A stretch of DNA of 63,274 bases, the filler included, from Octopus bimaculoides (lineage: Eukaryota): NCBI RefSeq assembly GCF_001194135.2. It is 7 parts of 6 records of this genome, joined end to end, with 100 filler letters (N's around TTAATTAATTAA, not from the genome) between each part and the next. Parts side by side here need not be neighbours in the genome. Positions count along the whole stretch, not along the records: positions 1 to 7,764 come from NC_068996.1; positions 7,865 to 19,241 come from NC_068986.1; 5 more parts are not named here. One strand, 5' to 3'. The notes beneath the pieces were generated by a model. That model did no database searches. It saw only the letters and a program-made list of their open reading frames with translations, and had not been told where the DNA came from. The position numbers and the translations under genes are program-made. Below are positions 1-10,520 of this stretch, piece by piece. The stretch's first letter is position 1; each line of letters starts with the position of its first letter.

Positions 1-342
1 AACAGAGATTCCGAATATGCAAAAATATTAACAGAATCCAATTTCATCTTTATTACATTTCACTTATGGTTTTTAGACTTTTTAAGGGAGAGTGAGGATG
101 GGAAAGTACTGACGTTTCGAAGAGAGAGAAAAATACAAACAATACACTTATTTCAGGCTCATCTTTACAGAGCCATTTTTTATTCCCTGCTTATTCTAGG
201 TCATACGAGGGTGATTGCATATTCAGAATCTCCCATATGTAAATTGTAGGAATACGAAAATTTATTTACTGAAAAATTGCCGTGGATGGGGGGTGAGAAA
301 TTCATTGCATGCCCAACCCCGGAAGTCACCGCACGCTACTGG

Positions 343-378
343 TATGTATGTATGTATGTATGTATGTATATATATATG

Positions 379-412
<34 letters not shown>

Positions 413-450
413 TGTAGGTATGTATTTATGTATGCATGTATGTATGTATG
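343..450. repeat. (TATG)n/(TACA)n microsatellite abutting the LINE 3' end
   Basis: Visible tetranucleotide repeat. Similar arrays occur at about 4485-4765, 36645-36720, 46000-46340 and elsewhere. Confidence 0.95.
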
Positions 451-1610
451 TACGTTTGTATACATGTATATGCGCAGATTTGTATGTTTTGCTTTATGTA
501 TGTATTCTCATGCATATAGTTACATATCTAGACATGCTCACATATACTTAAATGATATACTTATAGAAAGTTTTTACGGATTTTTACTGTTCCAGTGATG
601 GCTTGGATCTGTAGTCTTTGAACCAGCTTTCTCCTTGTTTTGAGAAGCTTAATTTCTCAAGGTTGATATTTTAGCAATGTGTTACAAATCTTAGTGCCCC
701 AATATTTACAGGTATAAACCCGAACTTGTAGTCTAGATGGAGAAAATGCAGATTTCTCAATAGTTCAGCATAGATATTTTCTTTTTTACTGATCCTTCAG
801 CTTTACGTTAACACCCGCCGGGTAGTTTTCTTCTCAATCACAAATACCTATATCAGGTCTATTGTGATTACATTTTATCGAGGTTTTCACTGGGACATTC
901 CACCAGTACTCCTTTTTATTGTGAGTGGCTATGGTTTCCACGATACTATGGGTTCTTATTTCTTTGTCCTCGGAGTTATCCATTCCACGGATCTCGTTAT
1001 ACAATGTTCTAGCCACAACATCATATCTCTTCGGTAGATAATACCATGATGACATTTTCGGACAACTGCTTATGGTGTAGTTGATATCTTTGGTGTTAAC
1101 TCCATAAAGTCTACTTCGGTTGTCACATTTTACTGCTTTTCCTGCATTTATGTCCCTTTTGTGCATCAGGTATTTGGGTGTCATTTCCTGTTCTTGGATT
1201 GCAAACGCGCACCCTTCAAAGTGGGAGGTAGTAATCCTGTTGTTGGTCCATGATAAACTGCTTTGATGATCGATGTTACTATCATTTTTGAGCTTTCTGC
1301 TAATATATTCATGTGTGGTCCTCTGCTCATATAGGCTCCTATCTTTTCATCTGATGATACGTTGCAGTAGAGTCGTGCGACTTCTTTGGTCATGTATTTA
1401 AGGTTAACAGACAAGGAATGCTGTTCAAGGAGCTGCCTTCCAAGTCTTATGATGTTATCAGCCTCATGTATGCAGACTTGGTCAAGAGATGCATTTCGGC
1501 ACCTGGTGGTTAAAAGATGTTGCCGAAAGGATTGATACGATATTCAAAGGCAGTCTGGATTCAGTATATTTTTCTCCGGACATGAATTCGTGTTTCTTAT
1601 ACTAAGGCCC
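440..1610 (-). mobile_element. 5'-truncated, frameshifted RLE-type non-LTR retrotransposon (R4/Dong-like) 3' end
   Basis: Across frames on the minus strand: HFEG-AFAIQEQE, a decayed CCHC knuckle (SRLYG..KDINYTISSCPKMSSWYYLPKRYDVV), the NRPDI nuclease motif, ENIYAELLRNL and IGAL, then a stop at 561-563, a short 3' UTR and (TACA)n. Confidence 0.75.
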
Positions 1611-1621
1611 TATCAGGCCAC

Positions 1622-1815
1622 CGCTAACAAAATCGTTAGCATGTTGGGCAAAATGCTTAGTGGCGTTTCTGTCATTACATTTTGAGTTCAAATTCCACCG
1701 AGGTTGCCTTTGCCTTTCATCCTTTCGGGTCGATAAAATAAGTACCATTTGAGTACTGGAATCATGGTAACCGGCTTAATCCTTTCTCGTAATTGCTGGT
1801 CTTGTGCCAAATTTT
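1622..1815 (+). mobile_element. tRNA-derived SINE family A
   Basis: AATCGTTAGC...GAGTTCAAATTCC (B box)...CTTTGCCTTTCATCCTTTCGGGTCGATAAAATAAGTACC...CTTGTGCCAAA. The same body recurs many times in the window. Confidence 0.8.
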
Positions 1816-3429
1816 TAAATCAATATTAAAGCTCTGCCATTAACAGCACAGAAATTTTCTTTTGTTTTGGAGGGAAATGTATAAAGATTAGATAAGTTTT
1901 CTGTGACATTTTAACAGCAGACTCTTTGTGGACCCTTACAGCCACCGAAGTTGCAACTTGGCTGCTGCTGAAAAATAGCTCACACCTTGTACAAAATCAT
2001 GAAATTGATTATTACAGTGATTTTTTTAATAACATTAATGTCAAGCATTCATGAGCAAGCCGCGATTCGCAGGACTTTCTGACTGGCATACCTAACAGAA
2101 AAATTACGGTGAATAATTGTTTTCAGTAGTGCAGCCCACGTGACGACGTGTCATGTCTCATGACGCCTACTTCTCGGAAAAAGGTTGCTCATGCCTGATC
2201 TAAAGCAAATTGTAAGCGGTAGCTCAAACAATACCAAATTATAACGTCTGTCAAAATTCGTGAGTTAATCTTGTAGCAACCGCTGATTTTCGTCCGATTA
2301 TTGTACTCACTTCGACAAAATAAAATCCGATCAAATCTTTCTTAAAATATTTTGTGTCAAACCATGCATCATTTAACGTTTGTCACAACACATTATAAAT
2401 ATTTTTTGTAGCTGCAGCTGCTTGTATTTCTTCAATTCACAATCTAAAAAAATGTTACAAGCATGGATTTTCTTGAAATTAATCAAGTGAAGAAAAATGA
2501 CCCAAGAGACAAGTCAATTTGAAGAAGGCATTTCGATTCACTAAAAATTCTACAGATTCCGGCTTAGACATCGCTGTGTCGTTAAGTTATTCCGTGTACA
2601 CAGACACACAGACATCCACAGACACACGCACACACACACACTTCTGTCGATAGCTAGTGAGACTGGTTTGTTCTATGTGCACACGAAACTTTAAGTCTTC
2701 TGAAGCTGGGTCAAACTGTTATTAAAAAGTATACGTAACTTCTACCAAATTTGTTGAGTGCCATTTTCTTTCGTAGGATCAACAACAAAGTACTCCATCC
2801 ACCGAGTTTCGTTTTTCTCTTCTTTTCTTGTTCTTTCTCGTTCTTTCGGGTTTTTCATCAGAGAGCAGCAATGTTTATTTTGAGCCTGAACGATTGCAGA
2901 ATAGTACACGGCACGCTATGCGAGCTCGTCCGATTACTGTACTGAGCATAAAACTTATAGTAGTACGCATTTAAATCCTATGTTTATTAAATGATATATG
3001 TATGCGTATATATGTGTGTGCATGTGTCTTTGTATCTGTGTGTTCCCCACCGATGTTAGTTTATTTAGGTCTTCATACATTAGCGGTTCAGCAATAGAAA
3101 TCGATACAATAAAGATCAAATATGGGTTGATATAATCGACTAAAACCTTTCAAGGCTCTGCTCAAACATGGCCGCAATTCAATGACTGAAACGAGTATAA
3201 TATAAAAATTAAGACACAACTGTCAGAGTTAACTATGTACATATTATTCGTAGCAGCAGTACCAAAAGTACCAACTACAGCAGTAGCTGCAGCATCACAT
3301 TGAGATAAAACTATTTCTATTCTTATTTTTGAAGTATGGAATTATCCCGCACTAACCCTAAAACAAAAGCAGAAAACCAAATACGAACATCATTAAAACG
3401 ATATGAATGATCAAATGATCATGGGTGTG

Positions 3430-3745
3430 GGCATGGCTGTGTGGTAAGAAGCTTGCTCTCCAACTGGAAGAAGCCCGTCGTGTGTGTGTATATATATATT
3501 GTGTGTGTGTGTGTGTGTGTACATATTTGTGTGTATGGTGTGTCTGTGTTAGTCCCCCCCGCCATCGCTTGACAACCGATGCTGGCTTGCTTATGCTCCC
3601 GTAACCTAGCAGTTCGGCAAAAGAGAACGATAGAATAAGTACTAGGCTTACAAAAAGTAAGCCCTTGGGTCGATTTCTTCGACAAATATCCTTTAAGGTG
3701 GTGCTCCAGCATGGCTGCAGTCAAATGACAGAAGCAAGTAAAAGA
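3430..3745 (+). mobile_element. tRNA-derived SINE family B (internally deleted); further pieces at about 3030-3200 (+) and 4765-4905 (-)
   Basis: GGCTGTGTGGTAAGAAGCTTGC head, GATAGAATAAGTACTAGG...GGTGCTCCAGCATGGCTGCAGTCAAATGAC tail. Confidence 0.8.
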
Positions 3746-4711
3746 ATAGAAGAATATATATACACGCGCGCACACACATGCATATATGCACGTGCGTGCA
3801 CACACATACACGCACGTATATGTATGTATGCATGTATGTATGTATGTGTATGCATACATACATACATANNNNNNNNNNNNNNNNNNNNNNNNNNNNNNNN
3901 NNNNNNNNNNNNNNNNNNNNNNNNNNNNNNNNNNNNNNNNNNNNNNNNNNNNNNNNNNNNNNNNNNNNNNNNNNNNNNNNNNNNNNNNNNNNNNNNNNNN
4001 NNNNNNNNNNNNNNNNNNNNNNNNNNNNNNNNNNNNNNNNNNNNNNNNNNNNNNNNNNNNNNNNNNNNNNNNNNNNNNNNNNNNNNNNNNNNNNNNNNNN
4101 NNNNNNNNNNNNNNNNNNNNNNNNNNNNNNNNNNNNNNNNNNNNNNNNNNNNNNNNNNNNNNNNNNNNNNNNNNNNNNNNNNNNNNNNNNNNNNNNNNNN
4201 NNNNNNNNNNNNNNNNNNNNNNNNNNNNNNNNNNNNNNNNNNNNNNNNNNNNNNNNNNNNNNNNNNNNNNNNNNNNNNNNNNNNNNNNNNNNNNNNNNNN
4301 NNNNNNNNNNNNNNNNNNNNNNNNNNNNNNNNNNNNNNNNNNNNNNNNNNNNNNNNNNNNNNNNNNNNNNNNNNNNNNNNNNNNNNNNNNNNNNNNNNNN
4401 NNNNNNNNNNNNNNNNNNNNNNNNNNNNNNNNNNNNNNNNNNNNNNNNNNNNNNNNNNNNNNNNNNNNNNNNNNNNNNNNNNNNTACATACATACATACA
4501 TACATACATACATTTACATACATACATATATACATACATACATACACACATACATTCATACATACACACATACATTCATACATACATACATACATACATA
4601 CATACATACATACGTTTACATACATACATACATACATGCATACATACATACATACATACATACATACATACATACATACGTACATGCATGCATGCATACA
4701 TAAATACGTAC

Positions 4712-4744
<33 letters not shown>

Positions 4745-5164
4745 CATGCATACATACATACATATACTTTGTGTCTGTCAGTTTCCGTCAACCAAATCCA
4801 CTCACAGAGCATTGTCGGCCCGGTGCTATAGTAGAGGACACTTGCCCAAAGTACCGCACTACGGGGTTCAATCTGAAAGGTAAGCTTCTTAACTACATAA
4901 CCATATATGTAGAACTTTCCTGATAGATGCTGAGTTTATAGGATGCTCAAAGAAGACATTATCGACTAAAGTGACACACTGTCGAGCACAGGTATACATC
5001 ATTAACAGTGGCACGAAAAGAATGAAGCTGTTGACTTCTCCATAGCCTGCAAAGACGCTTACCCGCTGCCCAGATAAGATGACTTGGTTAAAATATGGTT
5101 TTACAAAGTATTTAGTAAATAGTAGTAAAAACAAGCATTTATTTTTAGCCAATAAAACTAAATA

Positions 5165-5617
5165 TTCTGTCCACTATAGGCACAAAACCTGAATTCTTTC
5201 TTTTTGCTTTGTTTTTTGGTGGGTGGTTAGTCGATTACCTCGACCTAGTGCTTAACTGGTGCTTATTTTATTGACCCAAAACGGATGAAAGACAAAGTCG
5301 GTATTTGAACTCAGAACGTAAAGCCAAAGCAAATGTTGCTAAGCATTTTGTCCTGTCCTACGTGCTAACGATTTTGCCAGCCGATCCAAATACACTAAAG
5401 ATTGGTTTCAAATTTTGGCACAAGGCCAGCAATTTGGGGGAGGGGATGAATCGATTACATCGACCCCAATGTTGAATTGGTGCTTATTTTATTGACCCCA
5501 AATTGATTAAGGACAAAGTCGACTTCGGCGGTATTTGAACTTAGAACGTAAAGACTGACGAAATGTCACTAAGCATTTTGTCCGGCGTGCTAACAATTCT
5601 GCCAGCTCGCCACTTTA
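5165..5617 (-). mobile_element. Two tandem family A SINEs
   Basis: Two consecutive reverse-complement copies of the family A body (TTGAACTCAGAACGTAAAG...CTAAGCATTTTGTCC). Confidence 0.8.
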
Positions 5618-6299
5618 AACAACACTAGATATTAACTAGTATTTAGTACTCTGACTTTTACTGCGTGTACCTCTATATAGTGTTGAATTCTAATGTTAAA
5701 GTATTTACTGCTTTCGAGGTAACATTTCAAACACCTTTGGTTTAGTCTTACAAATGATATTGCGTGTTTCGGACGAGTTACAGAAATCGCATTTAAGAAA
5801 ATTAGTCGGAATGCCTATTTAGGTAAAAGTCACAGTATGTGATATTAACGAAGGAGAAACATAACAAAATTGATCTAAGTTCTTAATTCTTGCTCTTAAA
5901 TCTAATATAACTTTAAATAACGATAAATATAAATTTTTCAACTGAATCTATAGTATAAGTTATCAAATTAGCCTTAATGAATTGTATGCTGAGACACCAC
6001 GTTTAAATCCACCAACAGAAATATCCATAATGTTTCATAACAATCCTTATCTTCTTTTACAGCTATATTCATTATTTCCAATGTGCTCTTGGTCTACTGA
6101 ATAAATAAAATCTCCAATAGTTTATACTCTCAGAGAAAGCTGTAACGGCAATCAATGCATTAAAACAGCCATTACGGAGTGTGTCGAGGTTAAAGTAAGC
6201 GAATGTATGTCAAAAATTATGCCTCTGAGCCCACCATTTGAGTTAATTTTGATCGAAATATTTGGCCTGTGACATTTGCTCTCGATCGTTTAATTCTAC

Positions 6300-6430
6300 T
6301 GATAAAGTTCATAGCGCCGTTGACGAAAAAGGATTATGTAATAGTTGGAGCTGTCAAAAAGTTGCGCTGCTTTCATTTACGCAAACGATTTACTATAGTA
6401 TTGATCAGAAGCCATTAGCTTCTATGTCCG
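6300..6430 (+). pseudogene. Highly decayed Gypsy-type RNase H remnant
   Basis: With frameshifts reads IVGAVKKLRCF..KRFTIV / IDQKPLASM, resembling the Ty3/Gypsy motif AIV.A.KK......F.I.TDHKPL. Confidence 0.4.
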
Positions 6431-6984
6431 TTATGATATGACCGGCAATAGGATCGTGAGTGTTATGTTAGTATAACATTAGTTTGAGAGTGTAAAAGTG
6501 TACCAATCCTTTCTGGGCGTCTTACACTCGGAGAAGTAACACCTCAAACACTTCTTGGGCTTTCCTCCAATAATAGATTTTAGAATGAGCATGATAACCT
6601 GGCTTTCTCGACCGGAAAATGTCCCATTGAACAGTTACATCTGAAATAAGGACGTGTTCCAGTAAAAAAAAATTTAACTATGGGGATCGAGCTTCCAAAA
6701 TGCTCGCATTCACTTTTTTCATGAACCGCGAAGATATAAACATTAAACATTAAAGACTTAACTATAAACATTAAACATTAAAGTAACTGAATGTATTGAG
6801 ATCGCTTTGGCGTATCAGCTCTGACTTCCGGTAAAATATCTATACAACAAACGAATCAAACTAACGCGACTTCTACGAATTTGTGCCACATCATTTTTCT
6901 AACATTAAGAAGACAATAAAAGATAAGGTTGAACATATATTCTGAGATATTCTGTTGGTTAACCTATTTCATCTTGTATCTTTT

Positions 6985-7196
6985 ATTTTGTTTCAGTCAT
7001 TTGACTTCAGTCATGCTGGAGCACCAACTTGAAGGATTGTAGCTCAAAAAACCGACTCCGGGATTTTTTAAAAACCTAGTACTTATTCTATCGGTCTCTT
7101 TTGCCGATCCGCTAAGTTACAGGGACGTAAATACACCAATACCAGTTGTTAAGCGGTGGTGGGGAAGCATAGACAGAAAGACACGCACACACGTAT

Positions 7197-7233
<37 letters not shown>

Positions 7234-7512
7234 AAGAAGGAAATTTTACCGATGTGTTAAATTATAAGGCACTAAAAGAGAATAACTCTCCCAAGACAAA
7301 ACAGAATATATATATATTTATATATGTATGTGGATACATATATACAATAGGCTTCTTTCAGTTTCCACCTAACAAATTCACTCACAAGTCTTTGGTCGGC
7401 CTGAGGTTATAGCAGAAGACACTTGTCCAAGGTGCCATGCTGTGTGATTGAACCCGGAACCATGTGGCTGGGAAGCAAGCTTCTTACCACACAGCTACGT
7501 TGTGCGTAGGTA
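6985..7512 (-). mobile_element. Family B SINE with expanded internal CA/TA microsatellite
   Basis: Tail (TTGTTTCAGTCATTTGAC) at about 6990 and head (CTTCTTACCACACAGC) at about 7480-7495. Confidence 0.8.
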
Positions 7513-7582
7513 TATGTACTTACGTATATATATATATACATACATACATACATATATAAAGACATGCACACATACACGTATA

Positions 7583-7635
<53 letters not shown>

Positions 7636-7764
7636 ATATTATTAGGGACAAAATCCAAAATTACAGGTAAAAAACTCAATTAAAATCAATTTATAAAAAA
7701 TTAAAATTAAATTGAGCCTTATAGATAAAGTATATATAAAATATATATAGTTTTAGGGAAAATA

Positions 7765-7864
7765 NNNNNNNNNNNNNNNNNNNNNNNNNNNNNNNNNNNN
7801 NNNNNNNNTTAATTAATTAANNNNNNNNNNNNNNNNNNNNNNNNNNNNNNNNNNNNNNNNNNNN
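7765..7864. other. Artificial scaffold spacer N44-TTAATTAATTAA-N44; also at about 19242, 27685, 33379, 38445 and 51018
   Basis: Identical 100-base construct occurs six times; the 12-mer has stop codons in all six frames. Confidence 0.95.
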
Positions 7865-10395
7865 GGAGCGGTGGATTAAGGAGGGCATATTGATCCCTTG
7901 GGAAGAGAAGAAGAGAGCGGAGTCCTGCCGCTGATAGTGGTGGTACAGCCCATGAAGCATAAGGTCAGACCAGTGCTTGACTTCCGAGAGCTGAATGACC
8001 ACATATCATGTCATATGGCTGGCGAGGCCACAGATGTCTGTGGGGACACCTTGTGAGAATGGAGGCAGATGACAGGGGCCTCCACAATCGTCAATTTGAA
8101 GTCGGCATACCTGCAGGTGCATGTGGCTGAGAGACTGTGGAAGCATCAGCTTGTCAGGTATAAGGGCTGGACATACTGTTTGACCAGGCTGGGGGTTTGG
8201 GCTAAACTCAGCGCCAAAAATTATGGCAACAATTCTCAAGGCCATCCTGGGAAAAGTGGACAGAGTAGAAAGGGTCACCAATTCGTACATTGATGACATC
8301 CTTGTGGATGAAACCATAATGCCAACAACGGAGGTCATAGGCCACCTGAAGAAGTTCGAACTGGTCGCCAAGCCACCAGAGGCCATGGAGGGAGGCGCTG
8401 CACTGGGCCTCAAGTTACGAAGAGACAAGGCTGGTGCGTTGGTGTTTCGGCGTGGGAACGAGATCCCTGAACTGGGCACCAGCATGAGTAGACGGGAACT
8501 GTTCTCGGTGTGCAGGAAGCTGGTGGGACAGCATGTAGCTTCATCAAGAGATGAGCCGAAGGAGCAAAGTGGAATGACAGAGTTGGGGAGAAGACGACCG
8601 ACATGATGCAGGAAGTCTTGGTCAGAGTGAGAGCAGAGGATCCAGTGAGGAGCAGTTGGTATGTTCCCAAATCAAAGAGTGGGATCGTTTGGTGTGACGC
8701 CAGTAGCATCACAATAGGGGTTGTCTTGGAAATGGGAGGCACTGTGGTGGAAGATGCAGCCTGGCTCAGGAAGATGGATGACTGCAACCATATCAACGTG
8801 GCGGAGTTGGATGGTGTACTGAAGGGGGTGAACCTGGCCTTGAAGTGGGGGCTGTGCATCATCGAAATTAGAACCGATTCAGCCACTGTGCTTGGTTGGG
8901 TGACGGCAGTCATCACCAATGAGCGCAGGGTGTGAACTAAAGGGGCTGCGGAGATGCTGGTAAAGCGCCGATTGGGAATATTGCGGGAGCTAACCGCTGA
9001 GTTCGATCTGGAGCTGAGCGTAATTTTTGTGCCTTCCGAAAAGAACAGGGCAGACGTCCTAACCAGGGTAAAGCGAGCTTGGTTGCAGGTGCCAGAGGAT
9101 GCGGAGCAGGCTGTGGCTGCAGTATGCTGTGTGAGTGACTCAGAGTTGAGGAGACTGCATACCATGCATCACATGGGAGTGGACAGGACATTGTTCCTAG
9201 CCAGGAAAATCGACNNNNNNNNNNNNNNNNNNNNNNNNNNNNNNNNNNNNNNNNNNNNNNNNNNNNNNNNNNNNNNNNNNNNNNNNNNNNNNNNNNNNNN
9301 NNNNNNNNNNNNNNNNNNNNNNNNNNNNNNNNNNNNNNNNNNNNNNNNNNNNNNNNNNNNNNNNNNNNNNNNNNNNNNNNNNNNNNNNNNNNNNNNNNNN
9401 NNNNNNNNNNNNNNNNNNNCACGGGAGTATTAAATGGGATGAGCTGCTGCTGGATAATGGCACTGCATTTCGCTCGGAGGTGCTGAAAGAAATGCTTGAC
9501 GGGTGGCAGGTCAGCCGCTTCTTCAGGGCGGCATACCGGCCAAGTGGAAATGGAGTGGTGGAAAGGCATCATCGTACCATCAAGACCATGGCAGAGAGGG
9601 GCCACATTTCGCCAATCGAGGCTGTATTTTGGTACAATATGTCGCCCAGGTCAGGACAGGCTGAGGAGTCGGTGCCACACAGGGCAATATTCAGGTACGA
9701 GTGGAGGCACCCGTGTTTTGCATCAATGCGACTCTGGGGAGAAGAAGAGCACACCTTCGTGCAGATTGGGGAAGAAGTTTGGGTAAAACCCCCAAATGCA
9801 CGGTGCACATCACAATGGAGGAAAGGAACTATAACCTCCATCAATTCAAAGAACAACATCTCGGTCGATGGTATGCCACGCCATGTTTTGGATGTGCGGA
9901 AGATTGTCAGTGCTTCAGAGGATGGAACCAGCTGCAGTGGGCAGGATGATGAAGACAGCAGCAGTAGGCAAGATGATGAAGGCAGCGCGCCAGGAACTCA
10001 GGCCAGTCCCGGGGTCGCACAGCGACCACAGAGGGAGCGGCACCCTCCTCCCTGGTTGGCTGATTATGAAACCAATTAAGGTAGTTCGGGAGCGAGGAGT
10101 GAGTGGGAGAGCTGGTTGAATGATCTATAGATTAGGGGGGCGTGTGGTGTTATGGGCTGTGATGAGCCGTGTTGTTGGTGGAGAGAGGTGAAGCAAACAG
10201 AAGTGAAGCCAGACCGGAAGTCGGACACATGCGGTCGAAGGCCAGCACGTGCGTCAGTCAGAAAACAGAGAGGTTACAAGAAAGATGTGTTTTGATCAGG
10301 AGCGATTGTGTACTCCGCTGTGGTCGACAAGGTAAGGTCCAACGTTTCATTCTGTCCTTTTGCTTCTTGTTGTCTTTTTCCTCCATCACACCACA
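7865..10395 (+). mobile_element. Ty3/Gypsy LTR retrotransposon: decayed pol (RT-RNase H-integrase), PPT and 3' LTR; 5' part in gap
   Basis: RT motifs VRPVLDFRELN, NLKSAYLQ, SYIDDILV; RNase H WCDASS...HINVAELDG...TDS; integrase HHMGVDRT zinc finger, LDNGTAF, NGVVERHHRTIK. The domain order is RT-RH-IN, with frameshifts, a deletion and in-frame stops. Confidence 0.93.
10143..10395 (+). repeat. 3' LTR (253 bp)
   Basis: TGTGGTGT...ACACCACA 8-bp terminal inverted repeat (TG..CA), preceded by the polypurine tract AGATTAGGGGGGCG (10129-10142). The putative TSD is CCTTG. Confidence 0.88.
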
Positions 10396-10520
10396 CCTTG
10401 TAAAAATGATTGCCTTAGCTGGGTCTACTTTTAACCTCTCAATTACCCTGCTAGTTCAACTTGAATATTTTTGAATAAAGATTTATTTTAACTGAAAAAA
10501 ATTTCATCTGTTTCTATATT

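Noticed and set aside
7809-7820. TTAATTAATTAA palindrome recurring six times
   Set aside because: Always centred in exactly N44/N44, so it is an assembly linker and not biological.
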